From Candidatus Aenigmatarchaeota archaeon (GTDB lineage Archaea; Aenigmatarchaeota; Aenigmatarchaeia; CG10238-14; SCSR01), in the NCBI GenBank assembly GCA_016213525.1, contig JACRAE010000005.1, positions 17,405 through 81,404 of the forward strand: a DNA stretch of 64,000 nucleotides, given 5' to 3'. How positions within the stretch are numbered: position 1 is the stretch's first letter; the number at the start of each line of letters is the position of its first letter. The position numbers and the translations under genes were made by a program. The notes under the pieces were generated by a model. The model searched no databases. It had not been told where the DNA came from and was given only the letters and a program-made list of their open reading frames with translations. Below are positions 47,785 to 57,180 of the stretch, piece by piece.

Positions 47785-50396
47785 GGCTTCTTCCTGAAAA
47801 TCTCGCGGTCGAACACTTCCGGCACTATTAGGAACGCGACGCTCGAGAGGCCGAACACCATCACCCAATCTTCGATTGTCAGAGGCACCGTCTCGAAAAC
47901 CTCCTCCAGTACACTGGTCTGCACCACGGCCACCTGAAGTATTATCGAGGAAGCAGCCGCCAGAAGGAGCCACTTGTTGTTTATCGGGTTCATTCTGAAC
48001 ACCCCCCTGGTCTCAGAGCGGCAGTTGAAAACTAGGAAGATCTCGAATATCACCATCGTGGAGAAGGCCATCGTCCTGGACTTCTCAATCCCCTGGGGCA
48101 GGGCAATCATGAACGCCGCCATCGTCACAGCGAATATTGTGATTCCTGACGCGATGACGAACAGCCAGTCGTTGTCGAGTATCTTCTCCTTCGGGCTCCT
48201 GGGTCTGCGCTTCATCACGTCCTTCTCCTTCGGGTCCATTCCCAGAGCCAGTGCGGGCAAACCGTCGGTCACGAGGTTCATCCAGAGGAGCTGAACCGGC
48301 AGCAGGGTGGGCAGCAGCGCCGGCCCGAAGCCTATGACCATGGGTATGGTGATGAATAGGACCTCTCCTGTGTTTGCAGCCATCAGATATTTGATGAACT
48401 TCTTTATGTTGTCGTATATCCCTCTGCCCTCCTCCACCGCCGAGACTATGGAGGAGAAGTTGTCGTCCAAAAGAACCATGCTAGAAGCCTCCTTTGCAAC
48501 GTCGCTGCCTTTTATTCCCATCGCGACGCCGATCTCCGCGGACTTGAGCGCCGGCGCGTCGTTGACGCCGTCCCCGCTAACCGCGACTATGTGGCCCAGA
48601 GACTTCAGCTTCTTGACTATCCTCAGCTTGTGGTCGGGGGATATCCTCGCGAATATGTCCATCGTTTTCACCTTGGCCTCGAACTCCTTCTCGTCCATGG
48701 AGTCGATGTCCTCGCCGCTGACCGCGTCGCCCTCGAGCCCGACCTCGTTCGCGATTGCCCTTGCGGTTATCTTGTGGTCGCCGGTCAGCATTATCGTCCT
48801 TATGCCAGCCTGCTTGCAGACCGCTATCGCCTCCTTCGTCTCCTTGCTCGGGGGGTCAATCATGGCGACGAGGCCCACGAAGTGCATGTCCTTCTCCACG
48901 CTTTCCTCCTTGTAGCCCCTCCCGAGCCTCTTGTAGGACATCCCGAGCACCCTCATGCCGTTCGATGCGAACCTATGGACAGCCTCCATCGCCCTCTCCT
49001 TCTCAGCCCTCGTCATCTTGCAAGAGGCGAGGATTACCTCGGGCGCGCCCTTCGAGTACGCGAAGACCTCCGTCCCGACCCAGTTTATGGTTGTCATCCT
49101 CTTCCTGAAAGACGAGAACGGCAGCTCGCCGACCCTCTTATAATCGTCCTTCATCCTCGCTTTGTCTGCCAACACCACGAGAGCGCCCTCCGTCGGGTCG
49201 CCTATGACCTTCCACGAGCCCTCGTTCTTCATTATCGCGTTATTGCAGAGCCTGCCAACGCGGACCAGCATCGCGGCGCTCGGATACGAAGTTATGTCGA
49301 TTTTCTTGCCGTCGATGGTGAAGTCGCCCTTGGGCTCGAATCCGACGCCAGACACGTCAGCTTCCTTGCCGCCGAACCAGATTTTCCTGACGGTCATCTC
49401 GTTAGTGGTCATGGTGCCGGTCTTGTCCGAGCATATGACGTCGGCCGAGCCGAGAGCTTCGACCGAGGCGAGCCTCCTGACCACCGCGTTCCTCTTCAGC
49501 ATCCTCTGAGTTCCTATGGACAGAGTCAGCGCCGTGACCGCCGGGAGGCCCTCCGGTATCACCGCCACGGCGAGGCTGACCGCGGTGAGGAATATCAGGA
49601 ACGGCTCGAGGCCGTTCATCAGGCCCACCACAAAAATAACCGACGCTATGCCGAGCGATATCTTGCCTATCGTGAGGCCGAATACGTCCATCTTCTTCTG
49701 GAGCGGCGTAGGCTCCTCCTCCTCCTGGACGAGGGACGCTATCCTCCCGAGCTCCGTCTTCATCCCGGTGCTGACCACTATGCCCTTTCCCCTACCGGAC
49801 ACGACTAGGGTACCCATGAATCCCATGTTGGTCCTGTCACCTATCGCCATCTCACCTTCCTTCTTTTCGACGGTCTTGCTGACCGGCACGGACTCCCCGG
49901 TAAGGGCGGACTCGTCTATCCTGAGTCCCGTGACCTCCATCATCCTCATGTCGGCGGGAATCCTGTCGCCCTCCTCGACCGAGACTATGTCGCCAGGCAC
50001 GAGTTCTTCGGCAGAGACTTGGAGCGGTTTGCCGTCCCTAGTCACGATTATCTTCGAGACTATCATTTTCCTCAGGGCCTCAATCGCCCTCTCGGCCTTG
50101 TATTCCTGGTGGAAACCGAGGGCAGCGTTCAGGACGACTATTATTCCTATGGCAGCTGCGTCGGACGCCTCCCCGAGCACGAGCGAGACGATTGCGGCTA
50201 TGATAAGGACTATTACCAGGACGCTCCTGAACTGTTCGATGAACATCCTAGCAGGGGATTTTTTTGGCTTCCTCACGAGCCTGTTCGGTCCGTTCTTTTT
50301 CAGCCTGGCAGCCGCTTCCTCCTTGGACAGACCGTGCGGCGACGTCTTCAGGCTGGACATCAGAAGTCCGAAGTCAGTGTTATACCAGCTAGCCAT
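47781..50396 (-). CDS. P-type cation-transporting ATPase (type II, Ca2+-like)
   Basis: TGES, PEGL, DKTGT, KGAPE, TGD, GDGVND. Confidence 0.95.
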   Translation of the reverse strand: MASWYNTDFGLLMSSLKTSPHGLSKEEAAARLKKNGPNRLVRKPKKSPARMFIEQFRSVLVIVLIIAAIVSLVLGEASDAAAIGIIVVLNAALGFHQEYKAERAIEALRKMIVSKIIVTRDGKPLQVSAEELVPGDIVSVEEGDRIPADMRMMEVTGLRIDESALTGESVPVSKTVEKKEGEMAIGDRTNMGFMGTLVVSGRGKGIVVSTGMKTELGRIASLVQEEEEPTPLQKKMDVFGLTIGKISLGIASVIFVVGLMNGLEPFLIFLTAVSLAVAVIPEGLPAVTALTLSIGTQRMLKRNAVVRRLASVEALGSADVICSDKTGTMTTNEMTVRKIWFGGKEADVSGVGFEPKGDFTIDGKKIDITSYPSAAMLVRVGRLCNNAIMKNEGSWKVIGDPTEGALVVLADKARMKDDYKRVGELPFSSFRKRMTTINWVGTEVFAYSKGAPEVILASCKMTRAEKERAMEAVHRFASNGMRVLGMSYKRLGRGYKEESVEKDMHFVGLVAMIDPPSKETKEAIAVCKQAGIRTIMLTGDHKITARAIANEVGLEGDAVSGEDIDSMDEKEFEAKVKTMDIFARISPDHKLRIVKKLKSLGHIVAVSGDGVNDAPALKSAEIGVAMGIKGSDVAKEASSMVLLDDNFSSIVSAVEEGRGIYDNIKKFIKYLMAANTGEVLFITIPMVIGFGPALLPTLLPVQLLWMNLVTDGLPALALGMDPKEKDVMKRRPRSPKEKILDNDWLFVIASGITIFAVTMAAFMIALPQGIEKSRTMAFSTMVIFEIFLVFNCRSETRGVFRMNPINNKWLLLAAASSIILQVAVVQTSVLEEVFETVPLTIEDWVMVFGLSSVAFLIVPEVFDREIFRKKP

Positions 50397-50463
50397 CGAT
50401 TAGAATTCGGTTTCGATTGGCTTAAAAAAGGAAAAATTGGGAAAAAACCCGCTCGCGCGGCCC

Positions 50464-50553
50464 TCACTTGGCGTGAGTCTCCCTTACGTGCTTGAGGAAC
50501 CCCTTCTTCTCTGGGAATCCCTGATTGCACGACGTGCATTTGAATTCGTCCAT
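50464..50553 (-). CDS. 29-aa single C2H2 zinc-finger microprotein
   Basis: MDEFKCTSCNQGFPEKKGFLKHVRETHAK; GGTGA SD upstream. Confidence 0.75.
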   Translation of the reverse strand: MDEFKCTSCNQGFPEKKGFLKHVRETHAK

Positions 50554-50711
50554 GTGATATCACCTAACCATCCGTTCTTCCCGTGGATAATAAGCGTTCC
50601 CTTGATTTTCAGTGCTTTTCGGGCGGCTTTTGCCAAATAAATCACCTTTCCCAGTGCCAGATCCGAATAGCATGAGAATCTTTATTACACTTGCGGGCTA
50701 CATTACTGTTA

Positions 50712-51272
50712 ATGGAGAAGGAAAGGCCTATTGGGCAGAGGCTGACGATTTTTTTGATTTTGGCCGTCGTGCTGGGGGGAATGTGGCTCGTCGGTACGAG
50801 CGGGATTAACACTGGTCTCACGTCCGGCACCCTCGTTACGAAGACGATTCTCAACGTCGACCTGAAGTCGGAGGACATAGGGCCCATTTACATAGGCGGC
50901 GGGGATCCGGAGACGCAGACTCTCACGTTCTCGTTCAGCGGCCACGACAAGGGCAGCGACTCCCTGAATCTGCACTCGGCCGGCGGCGGCACGGTGATAA
51001 TTTTCGAGAAGTCCGAGTTCGACAGGTTCGTTGAGCTCACCGGATGCTGCCCGGTCACGTCATTCTCGCCGGAGGACCTCGTCGGATACAAGATTCTTGC
51101 GGCCTCGTCGGGTCAGAACAACATGGTTACGCTCCACTACTCGCCGCTCGTCGAGGAGAACGTCGTGATATGGTCGCCCACGCCCAACGTCATCTGGGGC
51201 AAGCGCACCTGGACAGAGACAAATATCCGCCTGGCAATAGGCGGCGGCAAGGAAAAAGACAGGGCCAGGTAG
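50712..51272 (+). CDS. hypothetical membrane-anchored/secreted protein
   Basis: N-terminal TM. Confidence 0.7.
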   Translation: MEKERPIGQRLTIFLILAVVLGGMWLVGTSGINTGLTSGTLVTKTILNVDLKSEDIGPIYIGGGDPETQTLTFSFSGHDKGSDSLNLHSAGGGTVIIFEKSEFDRFVELTGCCPVTSFSPEDLVGYKILAASSGQNNMVTLHYSPLVEENVVIWSPTPNVIWGKRTWTETNIRLAIGGGKEKDRAR

Positions 51273-51319
51273 AGTCTCAATCGAGAAGGCGCACGAAAGG
51301 CTCGCCAATATTTTCTGAG

Positions 51320-51394
51320 TGGACCGGACGGGATTTGAACCCGCAGCCTCCCGCTTGCAAAGCGGGCGTTATAACCAGGTTTAACTACCGGCCC
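51320..51394 (-). tRNA. tRNA-Ala(TGC)
   Basis: GGGCCGG acceptor with G3-U70, cccgc-ttTGCaa-gcggg. Confidence 0.95.
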
Positions 51395-51446
51395 GAATGG
51401 CTAATGTAATTAGGTGGCGGCTGGATTTTAAATAAGGCGGCGGGGC

Positions 51447-51989
51447 TCACTTGTCTTCCAGGAGCTCGGGCCTGAGAGCATGGTAGCGCTTCGCGTACTT
51501 GTCGTTCGACAGGAAGAGCGGCGGCTGGTTCTTCGTCCTGTGCGGGTCGCGCAGGCCGTCGTGCAGGTAGCTGCTGTCCTCCACCTCGAACAGGTCGAGG
51601 AGGTCGTTGTAGAGCTTGTGGACCGAGCAGTACCACTCAATCAGCTCCCTGTAGTACTCGTTCCTGTACTTGCTGAATATCACGTTCCTGAAGGTGCTGC
51701 TCTCCAGCTTGATCATCATCTGCAGGGTGTCGAGGTGTATGTGGAGTTTCTGGAGTATGAGGAACCTTGCCCTGTCGTTACCCTTCTTCAGCTTTACCGC
51801 TCCCCTGCTCTCCAGCACCTCTGCTAGGTTGTCGTCCACCATGTTGTATATCTCGCTGATTTGGCTCGAGAGGTTGAGTATGTTGCCCTCCTCCCTCGCT
51901 CTCTGGGAGCCCCTCCACCTCTCCATGAAGCCGACTATCGACAGGAACAGCGCGGTCACGGCCAACCAGTCAAAAATGAACTCTGCCAT
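51447..51989 (-). CDS. hypothetical protein with N-terminal TM
   Basis: 180-aa ORF. Confidence 0.7.
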   Translation of the reverse strand: MAEFIFDWLAVTALFLSIVGFMERWRGSQRAREEGNILNLSSQISEIYNMVDDNLAEVLESRGAVKLKKGNDRARFLILQKLHIHLDTLQMMIKLESSTFRNVIFSKYRNEYYRELIEWYCSVHKLYNDLLDLFEVEDSSYLHDGLRDPHRTKNQPPLFLSNDKYAKRYHALRPELLEDK

Positions 51990-52014
51990 CGAAGAATAAT
52001 TCTCCGCCGAGACT

Positions 52015-52866
52015 TTAAAGTTTAGAGAACGCGAGCGCGAAGGCGCCCAATATGATGACTACTGCGCCCAGGACTATCTTGACGATGGTCTTCCTGTCCC
52101 TGACTTCCCTGAAGAAGAACAGGCCCCAGGCGACCGAGAACAGAAGGGCAAGCTGGGTGAGCGGGAATCCGACTGCTATGCCCAGAAGGGAAATCGCATA
52201 GAGGCCAAATATGTTCGCGATGCTCCACATTAGTCCGGACGTCAGGCCGGCGCCGACTTCAGGCATGGCAATCTTTCTGACCTTGGCGAAGAACATAGCC
52301 GCGCCGCCAATCGCTATGCCCGTTGCCATCGGGAATATGAAGTCGGCCGCCGGGACGTTGCCGAGCTTGGCGGGCACGAATATGGCGCCGAAGACCAGAC
52401 CAGCGACGACCGCGTACATTACGCCCGTCAAGTCGACCTTAACTTTCTTTTCCTTGCTGGCGGAGACCATCGGAAGGCCCAGCAAAATCAATGTTATCCC
52501 AGAGGCAGCGAAGAGAACACCGTTGGCTTGTTCCTGGAAGAACAGAGTGCCCCAGAGGAAGGACGTAAGTATCGATATTCCAAGTACCAGAGACATCCCT
52601 TTGGCGAGACCCAGTTTCTTAACTGCGAGTATGTTACAGACGTTGCCCACGCCCCATATCAGACCAGAAAATAGGCCGTATGGGTTGAGAGACAGCGACG
52701 CGCCCAGAATAAGTGCTATTAAGGTGCTGCTAGCAAGTACGCCGGCACATACGATGACGTGGTAGTGGAACGGGTCCGGGTTCTTCAGCCTCTTCATCGG
52801 GACGAACATCGAGCCCCACATCAGGGCTGCGATTGCCGCGGCAACGAAGCCGAAGAGCTCGTACAT
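52015..52866 (-). CDS. DMT-superfamily (GRP sugar transporter-like) permease
   Basis: About 10 TM helices, WGSMFVPMK, WGLFFFRE. Confidence 0.85.
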   Translation of the reverse strand: MYELFGFVAAAIAALMWGSMFVPMKRLKNPDPFHYHVIVCAGVLASSTLIALILGASLSLNPYGLFSGLIWGVGNVCNILAVKKLGLAKGMSLVLGISILTSFLWGTLFFQEQANGVLFAASGITLILLGLPMVSASKEKKVKVDLTGVMYAVVAGLVFGAIFVPAKLGNVPAADFIFPMATGIAIGGAAMFFAKVRKIAMPEVGAGLTSGLMWSIANIFGLYAISLLGIAVGFPLTQLALLFSVAWGLFFFREVRDRKTIVKIVLGAVVIILGAFALAFSKL

Positions 52867-52906
52867 AAAATAAATCTCAGTGACACCTTACGTTTCTGTT
52901 AGTATC

Positions 52907-52942
52907 TTCCGGGCTGGAATTTGATGCCCAGAGGCAGCGACC
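52907..52942 (-). other. 3' arm of 16S pre-rRNA processing stem (BHB)
   Basis: Pairs with 54531-54568; GAUG/CAUC helix with two AAA bulges. Confidence 0.85.
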
Positions 52943-53090
52943 TACCTTGCACATGAATTGTCTACACTCGTTAAAACGAGGAGGTGATCCAGCCGCACGT
53001 TCCCGTACGGCTACCTTGTGGCGACTTAGCCCCTCTTGCAGAGGGTCAACTTGAACCTTGCGGTCCTCGATGATCCTTCACTCGATTGGC

Positions 53091-53127
<37 letters not shown>

Positions 53128-53136
53128 GGCGAACGA

Positions 53137-53224
53137 TTTCACGCGCGCGACTGATTTCGAATGCTGTGACTCTTCATGTGTGTCAGAGTAGTGCATTTGG
53201 CTTCATTAAACAGCCGCTTGCGCT
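53137..53224 (-). other. 88-nt canonical BHB intron in 16S helix 43 loop (about 1363)
   Basis: UCAU/GUGA helix, CAA and AAU bulges, exon helix CGAACG/CGUUCG. Confidence 0.92.
53157..53206 (-). ncRNA. candidate box C/D guide RNA filling the 16S intron (predicted Gm1051)
   Basis: C AUGAAGC, D' CUGA, C' AUGAAGA, D-like UCGA; guide matches 16S 53539-53548. Confidence 0.78.
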
Positions 53225-53821
53225 TGATGACGTTCGCCTACTAAGGATTCCGGCTTCATGAGGGTGAGTTACAACCCTCAATCGGGACTCGGCGCGCTTT
53301 TAGGGGGTTTGCTTCGCCTTTCGGCGTTGCATCCCATTGTGGCGCGCATTGTGCGTCGCGTGTAGCCCAAGAAGTTCGGAGCATACAGACCTACCGTCGC
53401 CCGTTCCTTCCTCTGCTTTATCAGCAGCGGTCCCGCATGAGTGCGCCCTCCCCGTGGGAAAGGTTTGCAACATACGGCACGGGTCTCGCTCGTTAACCGA
53501 CTTAACGGCACGCCTCACGGTACGAGCTGACGATGGCCATGCACTACCTCTCAGCTTGTGTGGTAAGCCCTTTAGACTGACCTTCATCCTGCTGTCGATC
53601 TTGGTAAGATTTCCGGCGTTGAATCCAATTGAACCGCAACGCCCACCCTTTGTGTGCTCCCCCGCCAATTCCCTTAAGTTTCACCCTTGCGAGTATACTC
53701 CCCAGGTGGCCCACTTAACACCTACGCTTCGGCACTGCAATCCCCCAAGAGGACTGCAACACCAAGTGGGCATCGTTTACGGCTAGGACTACCGGGGTAT
53801 CTAATCCCGATCGCTCCCCTA

Positions 53822-53853
<32 letters not shown>

Positions 53854-54530
53854 GTATACGCCTTCGCCACAGGTGATCCCCGTAGGATTATAGGATTTAA
53901 CCCCTACCCTACGAGTATCTATACCCTCTCCCGGTCTCAAGTCTTACAGTAACCCCAGCACGCCTGACAGTTTGCTGCCAGATTTCACCAGGGACTTATA
54001 GAACCGGCTACGGACGCTTTAGACCCAATAATAGCGGCAATCACTCGGGCTCCGAGTATTACCGCGGCGGCTGGCACTCGTGTTACCCAGCCCTTATTCA
54101 CTAACCCGTTTTCAGTTAGCAAAAGCAGTCGTTTAAACGACTGCACTCCGACTCGCCTTGTCGCGCTTTCACGCATTGCAAAGGTTTCGCGCCTGCTGCG
54201 TTCCGTAGAACCTGGACTCATGTCTCAGAGTCCATCTCGAGGCTCCTACTTTCATAGCCCCTACTGATCAACGGTTTGTCGGTTCATTACACCGACAACA
54301 GCCTAATCAGCCGCAGTCCCATCCTGTTCCGCCGTAGCTTTGGTCCTCCCAGCATTCCAGCAAGGAAGGACTATGGGGTATTGAGCTCAGTTTCCCGAGT
54401 TTATCCCCCTGAACAGGGCAGGTTGACTGCGTATTACGGAGCAGTTCGCCGAGGTCTTGCACCTCGCGGCTCGCATGGCTTAGTCCGAATCGGATAGCGA
54501 TTGCCTCTGGCGGGATCAACCAGAATTGGC

Positions 54531-54568
54531 GGTCGCTGCCTCTAGGTTTCATCCACCAGCCCGCGAAG
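54531..54568 (-). other. 5' arm of 16S pre-rRNA processing stem (BHB)
   Basis: Inverted repeat of 52907-52942. Confidence 0.85.
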
Positions 54569-54649
54569 GGCCAAACAAAAACACGAAAAATCGTGGTTTC
54601 TTTATTACCTATCCCGATTGCGACTCGGGACTTACGTTCGCTCGCCTTC

Positions 54650-54726
54650 TTAGAATGACTAGACTTCTTCAACCGCAGGCCTTTGGTGCCGCCAAAGGTC
54701 ACGTAGAAGTCTCAACGTACTTCCAT
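54650..54726 (-). ncRNA. candidate box C/D guide RNA in 16S leader
   Basis: guide-GUGA-hairpin-UUGAAGA-guide-CUAA; 11-nt match to 23S 43335-43345. Confidence 0.55.
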
Positions 54727-54754
54727 GAGGCAGATAGTTTATTGAACAGGAGGA

Positions 54755-54762
54755 TATTTAAG
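54755..54762 (-). promoter_or_regulatory. putative TATA box of 16S pre-rRNA
   Basis: CTTAAATA preceded by GAAAACG on minus strand. Confidence 0.55.
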
Positions 54763-54767
54763 CGTTT

Positions 54768-55178
54768 TCAGAATCTTCCGGTGCCCGACTGGAGGTACTT
54801 TTCCATGTCGAGTATGCCCTGGAAGAACTCCTTCTTGCCCTCGTTGAAGTGGGTCTTCACCTTGCCGACCCCAGGTACCTCGACCAGCATGCCGTAGTTC
54901 TCCATGAAGTTCGTCAGGACGTCCACGGCCTCGGACTTGTCGACGTCGATGTTTATCATGTCCGGGAATATCTTGTATGCGTTCATAAAATTGGCGTGGT
55001 CCATCTGCATCGTGAAGGTGACGAGGATTGCATAGCCGCCGTAGAACTTCACCGTTATGTAGTTGCCGCCGAGTATCGATGTCTTGTCGGGCTTGTTGTA
55101 GGCGTCCTCTATCTGCTCCTTCGTCAGCCCGAAAACCGGCGCGAACTTCTCTATCATCTTGCTCCAGACTATCTGCAT
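54768..55178 (-). CDS. hypothetical protein
   Basis: 136-aa ORF. Confidence 0.75.
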   Translation of the reverse strand: MQIVWSKMIEKFAPVFGLTKEQIEDAYNKPDKTSILGGNYITVKFYGGYAILVTFTMQMDHANFMNAYKIFPDMINIDVDKSEAVDVLTNFMENYGMLVEVPGVGKVKTHFNEGKKEFFQGILDMEKYLQSGTGRF

Positions 55179-55282
55179 TCAGTAGACTTGGTGGCGCATA
55201 TTAAAATATTTTTTGGCTGGTTTTCAGCCCGCGCACATCCATATAAAAAGCTTAGCTTCGATATCACCTTCAGGTAGTAAAC

Positions 55283-55849
55283 ATGTCCATGGCCAGCAAT
55301 CACCAGAGGAACAGGTTCAGGAACTCTGTGAACTATCTGAGGCAGGTAGAGAGCCTGTTTGGCGACACTTTTCATTATGACAGAGCCCAGATAGAGAACT
55401 TCTTAGACGACCAGGATGGGACCCAACGGCTCGAGCAAGACCTTACGACGAGGAACACCGGCGGAAGCAGCCTGAGTGAGAACCGCAGGAGGTTCCACGT
55501 TGGCCAATATAGGGAGGCTTTTGGGAGGGATGGGTCTAGAGCGAGGAGGATTGGTAGAAGTGTGGCGACCAAAATGGCTTCCTACGGCAGCCATACGGTA
55601 GGCGTCGTTTTTGGCGCAGTCGGAGTCCTTGCGGGGCTTGCATACACGGCTGGTATTGACTACACATCACCATCCCCCGTTTACCATCGTATTTTTGAGC
55701 AGACCATCCAAGATTACGTAACTCCGGCACTACAGACATTTGGCAGACACGCATTGGATGTGGTTGCCGGAGCTGGCATATTTTACATGGCAGGACGCGT
55801 AGCCAGAAGGGTCGTGTCCAACAGGTTCGGAAGTAATCGCGGACCATAG
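55283..55849 (+). CDS. hypothetical protein with two TM segments
   Basis: 188-aa ORF. Confidence 0.65.
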   Translation: MSMASNHQRNRFRNSVNYLRQVESLFGDTFHYDRAQIENFLDDQDGTQRLEQDLTTRNTGGSSLSENRRRFHVGQYREAFGRDGSRARRIGRSVATKMASYGSHTVGVVFGAVGVLAGLAYTAGIDYTSPSPVYHRIFEQTIQDYVTPALQTFGRHALDVVAGAGIFYMAGRVARRVVSNRFGSNRGP

Positions 55850-55862
55850 GTAGGAAAAATTG

Positions 55863-55936
55863 GTCCCGAGCCGGGATTTGAACCCGGCCATCCAGCTCCA
55901 CAGGCTAGTGCGCTACCAGGCTACGCTACTCGGGAC
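55863..55936 (-). tRNA. tRNA-His(GTG) with genomically encoded G-1
   Basis: g-TCCCGAG/CTCGGGA-c, ctagc-ctGTGga-gctgg. Confidence 0.95.
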
Positions 55937-56002
55937 ATGCCTTGAATGGTAATCGTATTCTGTCGGTAAAGCTTTTATTAACTCCGACCCAATAATAAGT
56001 TA

Positions 56003-56458
56003 ATGACCAATGTGATGATCACTTGGGGACTCGTCTTCCTAATCGGCATGTTCGCCACGCATTACATAGGAGTGGACCCGTGGATTTCTTGGGTAGTGTG
56101 GCTGGCGGTGCTCTTTTTCGGCAACATAATCGTCGGCAAGATGATGGGCAAGGCCCCGCGAGAGATAACCCACATGTGGATGGTAGTGAACGTCCTCGGC
56201 GCGCTGATTACGATAGCGTTTTTGACTAACACCATAGCGTTCGAAGAGTCGAAGGTCATGGCGATATGGTTCTTCCTGATGGGAGCGGCCGTGTTCGCCG
56301 GTGCGCACCAGGCGAAAAACCCGGAGCAGATATTCATGGGTCTCCTGTGGATTGCGACGGGAATCGTGCTGCCGACGTGGTTCGCCGACTCGTCGTTCTT
56401 GATAGGCGGCTTGGTGTTCGGCCTGCCTCCCGTGATCGGCGGGCTTCTGAAAAAGTAG
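56003..56458 (+). CDS. hypothetical membrane protein
   Basis: 151-aa hydrophobic ORF. Confidence 0.8.
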   Translation: MTNVMITWGLVFLIGMFATHYIGVDPWISWVVWLAVLFFGNIIVGKMMGKAPREITHMWMVVNVLGALITIAFLTNTIAFEESKVMAIWFFLMGAAVFAGAHQAKNPEQIFMGLLWIATGIVLPTWFADSSFLIGGLVFGLPPVIGGLLKK

Positions 56459-56517
56459 GTCCGATATCCCGCTACTCTGATTGTTCAAGGGTGCCGTCTT
56501 AGTTTGAAGATTAGGGA

Positions 56518-56631
56518 TGCTGGGGGGGAGATTTGAACTCCCGATTCCGGCGTTTCTTAGCTCTCATCCTTGCGTCGAAGCTCATACGGCGTATGAGCGC
56601 CGTGTCCTAGACCAGGCTAGACGACCCCAGC
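56518..56631 (-). tRNA. tRNA-Met(CAT) with 38-nt intron at 37/38 (56554-56591)
   Basis: GCTGGGG/CCCCAGC acceptor, cggcg-ctCATa[intron]a-cgccg. Confidence 0.9.
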
Positions 56632-56672
56632 GGAATTTTACTAATTTAGTCTCGGCATCTAATTTAAAGAGT

Positions 56673-57119
56673 TTATCGCTTCCCATGGATTCTCTTCGCG
56701 CGTCTGAGATCCATCGTCAGATAGATTGCGGCAGCTGCAGACACCACGACCGCGGCCTGGAAGTACGGCGAATCCCAGACATTATATTTGTAATTACCGG
56801 TCTGGAGGCTTGGTGCCTGACCGTTGAGGTAGTAGTACCTCCAGACGTTGAAGTTTCCGTCGCTCTCCGACGCCCAGGCAGAGACCTCGCCGGCCTTTAT
56901 CGACTCGTCCATCTCCAGCTTCTTTATCCCCATCCAGACGGCGCCCTTGTATTCGTAGTATCCCTGCCAGGCGGCTTTCTGTTCCCCAAATGGCGGGAAC
57001 GGGGACGTGTCGTAGCATGGCCTGCCGGGCCAGTCAGGGCTCTCGACACAGGCCGCGCCCACGCCGGAGATGGAGACGATGAAAACTGAGAGGAATGCCC
57101 AAACAGCAGCGGCGCTCAT
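56673..57119 (-). CDS. hypothetical surface protein (signal peptide + C-terminal TM)
   Basis: 148-aa ORF, W/Y-rich. Confidence 0.7.
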   Translation of the reverse strand: MSAAAVWAFLSVFIVSISGVGAACVESPDWPGRPCYDTSPFPPFGEQKAAWQGYYEYKGAVWMGIKKLEMDESIKAGEVSAWASESDGNFNVWRYYYLNGQAPSLQTGNYKYNVWDSPYFQAAVVVSAAAAIYLTMDLRRAKRIHGKR

Positions 57120-57180
57120 GGGGAATAATTGAGCCGAGATTGGTTAAATATCGGACGCGACAAATAATCTAAAGATAAAC

